Shown piece after piece: positions 8,597 to 18,619 of a DNA stretch of 64,000 nucleotides (positions within the stretch are counted from its first letter, which is position 1; every line of letters begins with the position of its first letter). The stretch is from the IMG/VR virus record IMGVR_UViG_3300031998_000020; one strand, 5' to 3'. This stretch comes from a virus (taxonomy: Duplodnaviria > Heunggongvirae > Uroviricota > Caudoviricetes). The notes beneath the pieces are model-generated. The model did not search any database, was not told where the DNA came from, and saw nothing but the letters and a program-made list of their open reading frames with translations. The position numbers were made by a program, and so were the translations under genes.

Positions 8597-9325
8597 ATGA
8601 ATTGTGCAAATGGAATCAGATTTGATAGTGGTGACAGTAACGAAACTTATGTATTCGTTAAGAAAGTCGGCAATCAAACTTGTGAAGATTGTGATTTCTA
8701 TGGCAAATGTAATGCATACCATACAGTGCAGAATCGCAAGTCACCATGCATAGAGGTATTAGGTAATCCAAATTATCTACTCAAAAAACTAAATGGTGTA
8801 TACGTAGACCATCATACACCCGATAATACAGAAAACGTAGTAGTAAAAAAGGAAACGACAAAGGACAAGACAGAGGACATGGCTAAAAGTGTTTATTGCG
8901 AAGGTAGCAAGAAGAATGGTATGGGTGTGATTCGTGCCCTTGAAAGGCATGGAGGTATAAACATGCACAACCATGATGGCAAAGAGGATGATGTACTATT
9001 CTACATTCATCCTACCACGGATGTTATTGAGGTAGCTCGTGATGGTTCACACATGGAATTGATTCGTGTTGTATTCGACAAGATTAATCCAATCAAAATG
9101 TCAGGAAGAGCTAAATGTGGAGGGGAATATTTTACGATATACACTGCTGACGGTCTTCTCAAAGTTTTGGCTCGTCTTGATGACAGGCATGCTAGAGATG
9201 ATTCGTTTTATGAAGTTGGCAATTATTTTAAGGATGAGAGTGTTGCTAAAAAGATATGCGATGACTTCAACGATATCATTAAGCAGAATCGTGAAAAGTT
9301 ACTTTCCCAAGAGACGGAAATGTAA
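8597..9325 (+). CDS. Hypothetical protein with a C-terminal GNYF module (FYEVGNYFKDESVAKKICDDF).
   Basis: Shares the E.GNYF(K/A)..E module with the 28350, 28819 and 36087 genes. Confidence 0.55.
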   Translation: MNCANGIRFDSGDSNETYVFVKKVGNQTCEDCDFYGKCNAYHTVQNRKSPCIEVLGNPNYLLKKLNGVYVDHHTPDNTENVVVKKETTKDKTEDMAKSVYCEGSKKNGMGVIRALERHGGINMHNHDGKEDDVLFYIHPTTDVIEVARDGSHMELIRVVFDKINPIKMSGRAKCGGEYFTIYTADGLLKVLARLDDRHARDDSFYEVGNYFKDESVAKKICDDFNDIIKQNREKLLSQETEM

Positions 9326-9366
9326 TATGTCATTCAAAATCATTTTTTAAAATAAAGTAAAACAAT

Positions 9367-9636
9367 ATGGAAATTGCATATGTAATGTGTGTTGTGAGCT
9401 GGCTGCTTCTTGGCTGTGTCGCACAAGATTTTATAGGGGATAAAGATGATAGTACCGAAATGATGCTTGGACGTGTTTTGTTCTGGCCAGTTTATCTTGC
9501 TATCGGAGTCGTAATAAGTGTGATTATTTTACTTATTTTGGCAACCCGTTTCTGTGGTAAGGTTCTATGGGAAACCTTAAAAGAGCTGAGAACAATGATT
9601 AAATTTGGTTACAACGAGATAAAAGACTGTTTTTAA
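9367..9636 (+). CDS. Small membrane protein (2 TM).
   Basis: Hydrophobic segments CVVSWLLLGCVA and VYLAIGVVISVIILLILA. Confidence 0.45.
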   Translation: MEIAYVMCVVSWLLLGCVAQDFIGDKDDSTEMMLGRVLFWPVYLAIGVVISVIILLILATRFCGKVLWETLKELRTMIKFGYNEIKDCF

Positions 9637-9647
9637 AAAGTGAGAAT

Positions 9648-10130
9648 ATGGAAAAAATAACATTATTTGCTACAGGTATTATCATAGGACTGTTATACCT
9701 GTCATTAGGCAGAATTATCACTCATTGGCATTATGTCAGGGGAAATACGACAAGCGGTGCTATCTGCACATGGTTTTGGCCGTTGGTTATTGTCTTGAGA
9801 GTTTCGGTAATGATATGGAGACTATTATGCAATGCTCTTCGTATATTATGGGCCATCCCTGAGATATTTTGGGAAGCTAATTTCTGTGCTTGTGATGCCT
9901 TTGTCGACAAATTCAAAAGTGGAATTGAAGTCTATAAGGAAAATAGGATTCCACTTAAAAAAGGTGATACGGTACGATGGAGACGATATAAGGACCAAGG
10001 TGACTATATCGTTGAAAAAATAGACAGAGATTTCTTCTGGGGAGACTGGTATTTCATAAACGGTGGCTATGGCACTGTAACGGCTAAGAGAGGGGAATTA
10101 ATAAAAGTCAACAAAACAAAATCAGTTTAA
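9648..10130 (+). CDS. Membrane protein.
   Basis: N-terminal hydrophobic helices. Confidence 0.45.
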   Translation: MEKITLFATGIIIGLLYLSLGRIITHWHYVRGNTTSGAICTWFWPLVIVLRVSVMIWRLLCNALRILWAIPEIFWEANFCACDAFVDKFKSGIEVYKENRIPLKKGDTVRWRRYKDQGDYIVEKIDRDFFWGDWYFINGGYGTVTAKRGELIKVNKTKSV

Positions 10131-10132
10131 AA

Positions 10133-10657
10133 ATGAATAAAGATATAATAAATCTTGGAAAAGAACTTGCTTTCTTGCTTCGTCATGACAAGGAAGCATT
10201 CAGTAAAGGTTTGATAGACCATAACGGATGGCGTAATGTATCTGAGCTATTGAGTCTTGGCTATACACAAGAGACACTTGACGAGATAGTTGAGACCAAT
10301 GACAAGAAACGCTATGAATACAATCAAGACAAAAGCAAGATTAGAGCCCGACAAGGCCATTCTATTCCTGTTGATGTAGAATTAAAGGAAACTGTTCCAC
10401 CAGACATTTTGTATCATGGAACTGCAACACGATTCCTCGATTCAATCAATAAAAGTGGACTATTGCCGAAAGACAGGCTTTATGTCCATCTATCACCAGA
10501 TTTCGAGACTGCTATAAAAGTCGGCTCAAGACATGGCAAGCCAACAGTGATAACAATCGACTGTCAAAAGATGGTTGCTGATGGGCACAAGTTCTATTTG
10601 TCAAACAACGGAGTTTGGCTTACGGGTCCAATCGAGCCAAAATATTTTATAAAATAA
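10133..10657 (+). CDS. kptA: RNA 2'-phosphotransferase Tpt1/KptA.
   Basis: Near motif-by-motif match to KptA: LAFLLRH, DKKRYEY, IRARQGHS, YHGTATRFLDSINKSGL, LYVHLSPDFETAIKVGSRHGKPTVITI, NNGVWLT. Confidence 0.9.
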   Translation: MNKDIINLGKELAFLLRHDKEAFSKGLIDHNGWRNVSELLSLGYTQETLDEIVETNDKKRYEYNQDKSKIRARQGHSIPVDVELKETVPPDILYHGTATRFLDSINKSGLLPKDRLYVHLSPDFETAIKVGSRHGKPTVITIDCQKMVADGHKFYLSNNGVWLTGPIEPKYFIK

Positions 10658-10664
10658 CAAGAAA

Positions 10665-10931
10665 ATGGATAATTTTATAGATGTTTCTGGAGCACCTTTG
10701 GCTATTGGTGACAAAGTTGCAACCCAATACCAACAGCTTTTCAGGATTGGTAGAATTGAAGGTTTCACCAAAAAGAAAGTGATTGTGGCATTCGATTTCA
10801 GCGCACGAGGTAATGAATCGCCTACGTCAATGGAATATGCCAAGATAGCACCCTGGAAAATCGCCAAGGTTGCAAATCAAGACTGTACCCTACAGACGTA
10901 CTTCGATGTAGCCAATATGTATAACCCTTAA
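10665..10931 (+). CDS. Hypothetical protein.
   Basis: ORF in the operon context. Confidence 0.45.
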   Translation: MDNFIDVSGAPLAIGDKVATQYQQLFRIGRIEGFTKKKVIVAFDFSARGNESPTSMEYAKIAPWKIAKVANQDCTLQTYFDVANMYNP

Positions 10932-10942
10932 CAAATTGTAAA

Positions 10943-11344
10943 ATGGCTTTATTTTTAGTAATAACGATAGTAGTTTGGATTGGTTGGGGAATCGCTTGCT
11001 GGTTTGCAGAATACAATGGCGAATCAAACAAGTTCTGGATATGCATTCTCATGGGTGGCTTCTTTATCTTTGGTGGAATATGGAAGTTCTTGCGAGCTTC
11101 AACCAATAGACATTTTTGGAGAGATTTCAAATATGCACTCAAGAATGCATTCACCACCTACGAAATCGGGGATTGTGTGATGGTGATAAGCGACAATAAA
11201 CAATATACCTACACAGGCGAAGCTTCGGACTGTTGGGGTAATGTCACAGTAACACTTAAGGATTCTTGTGGATTCCAGAGGCTTGTCAAGAAAAATGAAA
11301 TCACGAAAATAAGTTCAAGAAACAACAAATCCACAGAAGATTAA
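10943..11344 (+). CDS. Membrane protein (2 TM N-terminal).
   Basis: MALFLVITIVVWIGWGIACWF...ILMGGFFIFGGIW. Confidence 0.5.
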   Translation: MALFLVITIVVWIGWGIACWFAEYNGESNKFWICILMGGFFIFGGIWKFLRASTNRHFWRDFKYALKNAFTTYEIGDCVMVISDNKQYTYTGEASDCWGNVTVTLKDSCGFQRLVKKNEITKISSRNNKSTED

Positions 11345-11361
11345 AGTTGTAATAAAAAAAA

Positions 11362-11406
11362 TATAAGTTCGGCAATAGATTAACTTTACTGCCGAACTTA
11401 TATCGT
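11362..11406. terminator. Bidirectional intrinsic terminator (12-bp perfect inverted repeat ATAAGTTCGGCA/TGCCGAACTTAT).
   Basis: Lies between convergent genes, flanked by an A-run on the 5' side and T-rich sequence on the 3' side. Confidence 0.75.
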
Positions 11407-11610
11407 TTATTCATCCTCGTCAAACTCAAACTCTGCATCTCCAACCTCTTTGGAAAAATGAGGACCGTGAGGTGGTGGGGGTGGAAAGAATGGAAAGAAT
11501 GGTCCATGTGGATGATGTGGATAATGTGGCTCATAACCACTGGAAGGGCACATAATTACTGGCTCTACCTTTCTAGCCCTTAATGTTGGGGCTGAATAAA
11601 TTTTCTTCAT
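11407..11610 (-). CDS. Small His/Pro-rich protein with an acidic C-terminus (HYPHHPHGPFFPFFPPPPPHGPHF...EFEFDEDE).
   Basis: Minus-strand ORF between a minus-strand promoter-like motif and the bidirectional terminator. Confidence 0.5.
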   Translation of the reverse strand: MKKIYSAPTLRARKVEPVIMCPSSGYEPHYPHHPHGPFFPFFPPPPPHGPHFSKEVGDAEFEFDEDE

Positions 11611-11654
11611 CTTCTTGTATAAAACTTTTACTGATTATGTTAATAAATACGATG

Positions 11655-11690
11655 CAAAGGTACAAATTATTGGAAATATAGCCAAATATT
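11655..11690 (-). promoter_or_regulatory. Putative minus-strand Bacteroidota-type promoter (TTTG - 20 nt - TACCTTTG on the reverse complement).
   Basis: Reverse complement reads ...atatTTGGctatatttccaataatttgTAccTTTGcatcg. Confidence 0.4.
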
Positions 11691-11702
11691 TTTTCTAAAA
11701 AA

Positions 11703-11748
11703 ATGTTAATAAATTTGGTGGTATAAAAAATATTGTATACCTTTGCAA
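11703..11748 (+). promoter_or_regulatory. Bacteroidota-type promoter (TTTG 11714; TACCTTTG 11738).
   Basis: gttaataaatttggtgg ... TAccTTTG. Confidence 0.65.
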
Positions 11749-11776
11749 TGTAAAACAAATAAAAAACAAAATTATC

Positions 11777-12043
11777 ATGGTCAAATTTGAAACATATGAC
11801 ATTCTAAAGGAAACTTACGATACTGGTAAGTATGACATCTTCTATGAGAATGGTAAGATTAAGTATGAGGTAAAGCATATTGGCTCCACCATTCTTTGCT
11901 ATGACCCTGAGAGAAACCTCGGCATGGGTGCAGTAAACAACTTTGACATCAAATGCTTCTATGGCATTGAAAAGCCAGAGCCTGTTATTGAAGAGGTGGC
12001 TGAACCAGAAGAGAATAAGGAAAGAGAATACGAAACAGATTAA
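11777..12043 (+). CDS. Hypothetical protein.
   Basis: ORF downstream of the promoter. Confidence 0.5.
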   Translation: MVKFETYDILKETYDTGKYDIFYENGKIKYEVKHIGSTILCYDPERNLGMGAVNNFDIKCFYGIEKPEPVIEEVAEPEENKEREYETD

Positions 12044-12059
12044 TCAAAATTAAAAAAAT

Positions 12060-12524
12060 ATGAGAAAGTATAGAGGTTATTCAGAAGTTTTGCATGCATG
12101 GCTTTACGGCGATGCCGTGGCAGTTGCGGACAGTGTTGCTATTTGCAAACCAACCGACTTTGAATTTGATGGACACCATATCAGACAGATTGCTGATGGG
12201 CCATTGTATGTTAACGAATCGTCTGTAGGTGAATTTATCGGTAAGAAAGATATCAATGGCAAAGAGATTTACCTTGGTGATATTGTGGCACAGACTTATA
12301 AGGAGTACAATGGTCAGATAACACCTGACGTTGGCGAAGTTCGTTATGACGAAGTGAATGCAAGGTTTTACATTAGCAAAAACACGAAATACGGAGAGAA
12401 AAAGTATCCGTTTAGGGATAGTGTGATTAACAAAGATGGTAATGCCACTATTTGCCTGACACCTCAATACGAGGTTCTTGGCAATGTCTACGAAAACTCA
12501 GAAATATTAGAAACAATAAATTAA
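12060..12524 (+). CDS. YopX-domain protein.
   Basis: WLYGD...GEFIGKKDINGKEIYLGDIV matches the YopX core (TGLKDKNGKEIYEGDI). Confidence 0.7.
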   Translation: MRKYRGYSEVLHAWLYGDAVAVADSVAICKPTDFEFDGHHIRQIADGPLYVNESSVGEFIGKKDINGKEIYLGDIVAQTYKEYNGQITPDVGEVRYDEVNARFYISKNTKYGEKKYPFRDSVINKDGNATICLTPQYEVLGNVYENSEILETIN

Positions 12525-12540
12525 ATCAATTAAAATCATT

Positions 12541-13083
12541 ATGAAAGAATTTAGTTTTTTTATTAAGATTGGCGCAGCAGTGATTGCGTTTATCATTGCT
12601 CTTGTATGTGTTAACATGTATTTCAGTTACAACAACCGTGAGGTGACTCTTCGTGAGTTGGCCGAGGCTCAGCGTAGTGATATCGAAGCTGTGCATGATG
12701 CCATGTGGAAGATTATCTCCCAAAAGGCACAGATATCACAGGAGTATCGTGCAGGATTTGATTCCATCTACACACACATCATCGAAGGACGTTACTCTCA
12801 GGGTGATGGTGCTCTCATGAAATGGATAACAGAGTCTAATCCAAACTTCGATACAAGTCTTTACAAGGATGTCATGGATGCCGTTGAATCAGAACGTACT
12901 CATTTCCTGCATGCACAGGAGAAGATGATAGACATCAAAAGACAGCATAGTGTATTGTGTAAGACATATCCTGGACGTTGGTTTATCACCAATACCTCAG
13001 AGATTGAATATACAGTTATATCATCAACTCGTAGTAAGGAAGTCATGAAGACTGGCACCGACGATGATGTCAAGTTATATTAA
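12541..13083 (+). CDS. Membrane-anchored protein (N-terminal TM, soluble helical domain).
   Basis: IKIGAAVIAFIIALVCVNMYF, then hydrophilic sequence. Confidence 0.5.
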   Translation: MKEFSFFIKIGAAVIAFIIALVCVNMYFSYNNREVTLRELAEAQRSDIEAVHDAMWKIISQKAQISQEYRAGFDSIYTHIIEGRYSQGDGALMKWITESNPNFDTSLYKDVMDAVESERTHFLHAQEKMIDIKRQHSVLCKTYPGRWFITNTSEIEYTVISSTRSKEVMKTGTDDDVKLY

Positions 13084-13104
13084 AAACTAATTAACGGAAT
13101 TTAC

Positions 13105-14268
13105 ATGGAACTTTTTTGTTATATATTCCCATTTATAGCTGGTGGCATACTCTTTGCCTTGTGTTTTAATCGGGCAAAAGAGAGAGGTGTCCTATTGGGG
13201 CAGATAGGTGGGGTTATCCTCTTTTCTTGCTTAGCAACATTAGGCATTAAGTCCATAATGATACATAGCAACGAAAACGACACTGAATATCTTGGTGGCT
13301 ATATAACCAAAATCACTCATTACGACGAATGGGACGAATGGATAGAACAGACGTGTACCAGAGAAGTTCCTGATGGTGAGGACGAGGATGGCCATACTAA
13401 ATACCGTACTGAAACATATGATTGCTCCTATAGGGATGTCCATCCAGAACGTTGGAAATATACCAACAATCATGGTTATGAGGAATACTTTTGGAGCGAA
13501 AAAGAATTCTTGGATGCTATGCGTGAACTCGGAAATCCCCCAATGGTTTTCCGAGACATGCATAGAGATTACTACCGCATTGACGGTGATGCCCAAGATT
13601 ATTTCTATGACGGTAAAGTCGAACACGTAAGGGCATTAACAGATTCACACTCGTATAAGAATAAGCTAATCAATTCCAAGTCTATATTCAAATATGAGGA
13701 GATTAGCCCAGAAGAGGCCCGTAAGTTGGGATTGTTTGACTACCCTGAGATAAAGTCTTACGACCAAGAGGTTGTTTTGGGTATTGATGTGTCCTATATC
13801 ACGGGAAAGAAATTCAAATACATCAATGCCATCTATGGCTCGCCAAAACAATTCAGAGTATACATATTGGCCTTCAAGAATAAGCCATATAGTATCTCGG
13901 AAAAACAGAAGGCATATTGGCAAGGTGGAAACAAGAATGAGTTTGTTGTATGCCTGGGCTATGATGCCAAGACCAGAAAAATCAACTGGTGTAATGCATT
14001 CTCCTGGTCCGACAAACCTACGCTTGAAGTAGCAACAAAAAGGTTCTTTCGAGAGCATGCTCATGTGGCATATTTAGGGGATTATGCAGACTGGTTGCCC
14101 AAGCACTTAAATCTCTGGAAACGTAAAGAATTCAAAGATTTTGACTACATCGAAAACACCCTGAGCCCCATTCAGTCAATGTGGTTGGTAATCCTTACAA
14201 TTATAATAAATTGGGTGTTATGTGGCATTATTTTCGTTATGGCAACTGAGGATTATCGACGAAATTGA
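13105..14268 (+). CDS. Membrane protein (N-terminal 2 TM, C-terminal TM), unknown function.
   Basis: 387-aa ORF with hydrophobic termini. Confidence 0.55.
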   Translation: MELFCYIFPFIAGGILFALCFNRAKERGVLLGQIGGVILFSCLATLGIKSIMIHSNENDTEYLGGYITKITHYDEWDEWIEQTCTREVPDGEDEDGHTKYRTETYDCSYRDVHPERWKYTNNHGYEEYFWSEKEFLDAMRELGNPPMVFRDMHRDYYRIDGDAQDYFYDGKVEHVRALTDSHSYKNKLINSKSIFKYEEISPEEARKLGLFDYPEIKSYDQEVVLGIDVSYITGKKFKYINAIYGSPKQFRVYILAFKNKPYSISEKQKAYWQGGNKNEFVVCLGYDAKTRKINWCNAFSWSDKPTLEVATKRFFREHAHVAYLGDYADWLPKHLNLWKRKEFKDFDYIENTLSPIQSMWLVILTIIINWVLCGIIFVMATEDYRRN

Positions 14269-14308
14269 TACTAATTATCCTTGTAAATCAGGGAGAAATC
14301 GTATCGCA

Positions 14309-14340
14309 AAAACAGTGCAATTCTTGCATTTTTGCGTACA
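14309..14340 (+). terminator. Possible terminator-like hairpin (CGCAAAAA...TTTTTGCG with an inner TGCAA/TTGCA stem).
   Basis: Nested inverted repeat; no clean U-tract after it. Confidence 0.3.
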
Positions 14341-14537
14341 ATTCGTTCTACACCGCAATTGTGTTTAAAAAATGAGTAATTCTGACACTATTTTAGGCTA
14401 TTTTTAAGCTCTATGTGGCTCTTAATTAGTGTTTTGGTACAATAATACCATTCATGATTTTTAACGGGTAATAGGGCTGATTTCCTGGCCTATCGTCATT
14501 CAATACATTGCGTTGTAATAAATATACTTTTAACGTT

Positions 14538-14588
14538 AATTTTTGTTAAGAAATTTGGTACTTTAAAAATCTTTTCTTATCTTTGCAA
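14538..14588 (+). promoter_or_regulatory. Bacteroidota-type promoter (TTTG 14554; TATCTTTG 14578).
   Basis: ttgttaagaaatttggtac ... TAtcTTTG. Confidence 0.65.
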
Positions 14589-14611
14589 TCAGAATGTTAA
14601 ATAAGCAAACA

Positions 14612-15418
14612 ATGGAGTCAGTAAAGAAATACACACTCACGAATGAAACTTTTAAATTTGAGGGACATTTGCTTCACCGAATTCAAGCAGTGGCCAATTT
14701 TGGCGATGTCAAAGCTGGAGACCTTGGTGGGTGGATTGAATCACAGGTCAATCTTTCCCAATATGGTGATTGCTGGGTTTATAACGAAGCCAAGGTCTAT
14801 GGCCATGCTGTGGTCAGTGGTAATGCAAGGGTTAGTGGTGATGCGCAGGTCTATGAAAATGCAAGGGTCCATGGTGAGGCATACGTCTGTGATTGTTCAG
14901 AGGTCTTTGGAAATGCATGTGTCGCTGAGTATGCACGGGTATATAATAATGCTAAAGTCTTTGGGTATGCACTGATTTATGATAATGCACAAGTTCATGG
15001 TGATGCATGTGTCAGTGGTGGTTCAAGGATTTTTGGTGAGGCATCTGTCTATGATAATGCACAAATTTATGGTAGTGCCAATGTATGTGATGAAGTAGAT
15101 GTATATGGTAATGCAAAGGTTCATAATGATGTGCTTGTGTGGGGACGTGCAGACATATGTGGTGATGCCGAAGTACAAGCGATTGAGGATTATATTGTCT
15201 TCAAAAACAGCTTCTCATCTGGCCGATGGTTTACATGGACACGTAGTAACGACATGTGGAAGGTTGGCTGCTTCTATGGTACGGGCAAGGAACTTATAAA
15301 GAAGGCTTACGAAGATAGTGAGGAGAAAGGAGATTATTACAAACTTTTTGTCGAATTGGTTGAAAAAGACAAAGAAGTTCGTCGGAAATACGATAGAATA
15401 GACACATTAGCATTTTAA
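14612..15418 (+). CDS. Hexapeptide-repeat (left-handed beta-helix) protein, paralog 2.
   Basis: Same N-terminal and C-terminal modules as the 2394 gene, with a hexad array. Start set at MESVKKYTL by alignment with its paralogs and by promoter position. Confidence 0.8.
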   Translation: MESVKKYTLTNETFKFEGHLLHRIQAVANFGDVKAGDLGGWIESQVNLSQYGDCWVYNEAKVYGHAVVSGNARVSGDAQVYENARVHGEAYVCDCSEVFGNACVAEYARVYNNAKVFGYALIYDNAQVHGDACVSGGSRIFGEASVYDNAQIYGSANVCDEVDVYGNAKVHNDVLVWGRADICGDAEVQAIEDYIVFKNSFSSGRWFTWTRSNDMWKVGCFYGTGKELIKKAYEDSEEKGDYYKLFVELVEKDKEVRRKYDRIDTLAF

Positions 15419-15430
15419 AATGGTACGATT

Positions 15431-16759
15431 ATGGAAAAGTTGACATTTCAAGACATAAGAGATAGGGGTTTACTCTTATACGAATATATAAGGGGTTCTC
15501 AGGCTTATGGTATGGCTACTCCTACTTCCGACGAGGATAGGGGAGGTATCTTTATTGCCCCTCAAGAACAGCTTTTAGGCTTAGGCTTTGACTATCAGGA
15601 CGAGGTATCAGACGATAAGCATGATACCTGTTGGTGGGAGTTGGGTAAGTTCATGAATCTGGCCTTGAAGTGTAGCCCTATCGTATTGGAGGCGTTCTTT
15701 ATTCCAGAGGATAAGGTGTTGTACGTTCATCCTGTCTTTGCCGAGATACTAAAGCATAGGGAAGCATTCTTGACAAAGCAATGCTTTAAGCCGTTTAGCA
15801 ATTATGCTATTTCCCAGATTGAGAAGGCAAGGGGCCAGAACAAGAAGATAATGTGGGATATCAATGAGATGACAAGAAAGACTCCATTGGACTACACATA
15901 CACCTTCTGTAATCAAGGCAGCAAGAACATCCAGCCTTGGCTTGAGGAAAGAGGCCTTGACCAGAGGAACATTGGTCTGGTCAATATCCCTAACATGAAG
16001 GATGTCTATGGGGCTTATTATGACTTCGGACAGCATATCAGGCTTAGCGGAATCACAGAAGAATATTTTTGTAATCCAGAAGTCAGGGATGATAAATTCA
16101 TCAACTATTGTTGGGACCAGTTCAGTTATAAGTATAACACATCAACAGGTCGCTCATATGCTGATATAATGCATGAGATGTGGAATGATATTTCACACCC
16201 TAAAGGCGGTCATTGTGGTATTGTCTCCCCAAGTGAAGTCTCTAATGAAATACGATACAGCTCTCATGTAACCTTTTCGCCAGTACAGAAGGGTGATGCA
16301 CCTATATGTTGGGTAGTGTATAACCAGGGTGCATATGAGAACCATTGCAGGAAGTTCAAAGAATATGAGACGTGGAAGAAGAATCGAAACAAGGCACGTT
16401 ATGAGAACAACCTTGAAGGACTGGAAAAGGAGAACAAGGATAAGTTTTACGATTCTAAAAACTTCTCACATTGTTTCCGTCTTATCAATACTGCCATCGA
16501 GATTGCCAGGGGTGAGGGCATGAAGGTTTGCCGTAAGGGTATTGATGCTGATTTCTTGCTTGATGTAAGGAACAGGAAATACACCTATGACGAGCTTATC
16601 AAGCTGGTGGACGAGAAGAAGGTTGAGATGGATGAGGCAATGAAGAATTCAACATTGCCAGAGACCATTGATATAGACTTTGTCAATAACCTCCTGCTTA
16701 GAGCAAGGTCTGATTTTAAGTATGAAAACTTAAAGCTTACATATGGCAAAACCAGATAA
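15431..16759 (+). CDS. Nucleotidyltransferase-fold protein (pol-beta superfamily; GS...D.D motif).
   Basis: IRGSQAYGMATPTSDEDRGGIFIA fits hG[GS]-x9-13-[DE]h[DE]h. Confidence 0.6.
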   Translation: MEKLTFQDIRDRGLLLYEYIRGSQAYGMATPTSDEDRGGIFIAPQEQLLGLGFDYQDEVSDDKHDTCWWELGKFMNLALKCSPIVLEAFFIPEDKVLYVHPVFAEILKHREAFLTKQCFKPFSNYAISQIEKARGQNKKIMWDINEMTRKTPLDYTYTFCNQGSKNIQPWLEERGLDQRNIGLVNIPNMKDVYGAYYDFGQHIRLSGITEEYFCNPEVRDDKFINYCWDQFSYKYNTSTGRSYADIMHEMWNDISHPKGGHCGIVSPSEVSNEIRYSSHVTFSPVQKGDAPICWVVYNQGAYENHCRKFKEYETWKKNRNKARYENNLEGLEKENKDKFYDSKNFSHCFRLINTAIEIARGEGMKVCRKGIDADFLLDVRNRKYTYDELIKLVDEKKVEMDEAMKNSTLPETIDIDFVNNLLLRARSDFKYENLKLTYGKTR

Positions 16760-17090
16760 TTGTTATCCTGTATTTCAGGTGGACATATGCTTTGAATCAT
16801 ATTCTATGGATTATGTCTTGGTAGGTGCAATGTCTAAGAAGGATTTAATTGCACATATTAAAGATGTGTTTCCTGACAACCAATATACCTTGGATGAGTA
16901 TGATGTCAGTGAGGACGGTGACTATCCCGACAGGAAGGTTGGGGATGTGATTACTCAGCCACGGTTTACTGAAAAACAGTTGAAGGAAATCTGTAGACGA
17001 GACACACGTTTCTCAAGAATCAAGCAAATTAAGCACCTTTATACAGACAAACCCTACAAGGAATTGACAGGGTTCGGGTATTTTGAATAA
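16743..17090 (+). CDS. Hypothetical protein.
   Basis: ORF overlapping the upstream stop; an alternative start exists at 16806. Confidence 0.4.
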   Translation: MAKPDNCYPVFQVDICFESYSMDYVLVGAMSKKDLIAHIKDVFPDNQYTLDEYDVSEDGDYPDRKVGDVITQPRFTEKQLKEICRRDTRFSRIKQIKHLYTDKPYKELTGFGYFE

Positions 17091-17200
17091 ACTGTTATAA
17101 CCATACAAGACAAGGACTATCGGAACTCGAAGTACAAGAGCCAAATAAACAAATTAAATGCGGAATCCGTTAGTCGTGTCTTTTAATAAAAAAGTAGAAT

Positions 17201-17623
17201 ATGTGTTTGGTATTAGAAAAGGATTATAAGGCACAAGTTGCCAAAAAGGATATTGAATGCTACAAGATATTCAATATATTTTATGCGTATACTGGTAAGC
17301 TATATAAAAGTCTGTACCGAGGCACGGGATACGAATTGGGTAAAGAATATAACAGTGGGTTTACATTTTCAGAAATTGTCAAACATCCTTGTAATGAAGG
17401 TATTTTTCAGGAATTCGTTCCGACAGTTGAAATGGGATTACACTCTTATGCTGAAATGCCTTCGTATGGAGGATATAGTAAATTCATATTCCATTTGGCT
17501 TGTTGCAGATGTATCATACCAAAAGGTAGTACCTACTATGTAGGCAAGTTTGACAATGCGACATCCTATGCTTCTAATTGCATTAAAGTAATTGAGGAAG
17601 TTCACGGTGTCAAAGGTTGGTAA
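17201..17623 (+). CDS. Met-Cys-start family, member B.
   Basis: MCLVLEK...KKDIECYKIF...GLHSY...CIIPKGSTYYVG. Confidence 0.7.
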   Translation: MCLVLEKDYKAQVAKKDIECYKIFNIFYAYTGKLYKSLYRGTGYELGKEYNSGFTFSEIVKHPCNEGIFQEFVPTVEMGLHSYAEMPSYGGYSKFIFHLACCRCIIPKGSTYYVGKFDNATSYASNCIKVIEEVHGVKGW

Positions 17624-17672
17624 CACAACAAAAGACGTGTAACTCCACATCATGTAAAAACGTGTAATAGTC

Positions 17673-17966
17673 ATGAAGTTCAAAATAGTAGAAGGTACGG
17701 AAGTTCTTACAAGGAATCTGTATGGTAGAGTATTAACTAAGACAAAATACTATCATATAGATATGGTGAAATGGCATTTCCTCCATTTTTCTTTAAGATT
17801 CGAGAGGATGTCATTTAGCACGGCATCTCAATTGTTAACTCAGTGGCCTGTAAAGGTTGAGTTGAACCCTCTCTATCCAACTAAATTTGATAGTAAGGAC
17901 GATGCTCAAAAAGTCATTGATGACATTCAAGAGAATCCCGACAAGTATATTTGTGTTTTTTATTAA
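17673..17966 (+). CDS. Hypothetical protein.
   Basis: ORF. Confidence 0.4.
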   Translation: MKFKIVEGTEVLTRNLYGRVLTKTKYYHIDMVKWHFLHFSLRFERMSFSTASQLLTQWPVKVELNPLYPTKFDSKDDAQKVIDDIQENPDKYICVFY

Positions 17967-18011
17967 AAGCCAATAATGAGTACACAAAACATCAAATAAA
18001 ATTTAAATATT

Positions 18012-18350
18012 ATGAGTTTAAGAAGTAAAGAATCATTAGAGAAACTTTTCGCTGAGACAAGAGAACGTGTTGCAAAAAGGAAAATTGCAGAGGCAAAACA
18101 GCGTAAAAACGCAAAAGCATTCAGAGAAAAACGTATGGCAATAGAAGAAAGGCATGAAAAAAGGTGGGCAAAAAGTTTCTTAAATGCCATAAAAGATGAT
18201 TCTGAATGGCGTGAACATTGGAATGAGATGGACATTTGCGCCCATTCTATTGAAATCATTTCCATATTAAGCAACAAAAACGAATTGAACAGCAACGAAC
18301 AGAGTGTTCTTGAGTTTGCGTTTAATTTAACCTACCCAAATGGTGTGTAG
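18012..18350 (+). CDS. Hypothetical basic, helical protein.
   Basis: Lys/Arg/Glu-rich ORF. Confidence 0.45.
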   Translation: MSLRSKESLEKLFAETRERVAKRKIAEAKQRKNAKAFREKRMAIEERHEKRWAKSFLNAIKDDSEWREHWNEMDICAHSIEIISILSNKNELNSNEQSVLEFAFNLTYPNGV

Positions 18351-18427
18351 AGATTGTCCTGACAGATGTTGGGGTAAATAGTCAGTCGTGACAATATTGA
18401 AGTATTATTTTCGTACCTACAAGAATC

Positions 18428-18598
18428 ATGAGTACACAGAATATAATATCCGAAGCTCATAAAGAGCAGTTCGACCTTGTAGTAGCAAGGACGGAGGAAT
18501 TCTTATACAATGCCTTGGCTGATGAACACATGGAAGTCAAGGATATAAGAAAGTTGATAGAACTATATAGAAATAACATTCAAGAAGTCAGGTTATAA
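18428..18598 (+). CDS. Small hypothetical protein (56 aa).
   Basis: Below the ORF-track cutoff; MSTQNI N-terminus echoes a 7-aa ORF at 17976. Confidence 0.3.
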   Translation: MSTQNIISEAHKEQFDLVVARTEEFLYNALADEHMEVKDIRKLIELYRNNIQEVRL

Positions 18599-18619
18599 AT
18601 CATTTAACAGTATAAGATT

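Noticed and set aside
12541-13083. Possible LemA-family assignment for the membrane-anchored protein.
   Set aside because: Only the architecture (N-terminal TM plus helical domain) fits; the LemA signature motifs are not recognisable.
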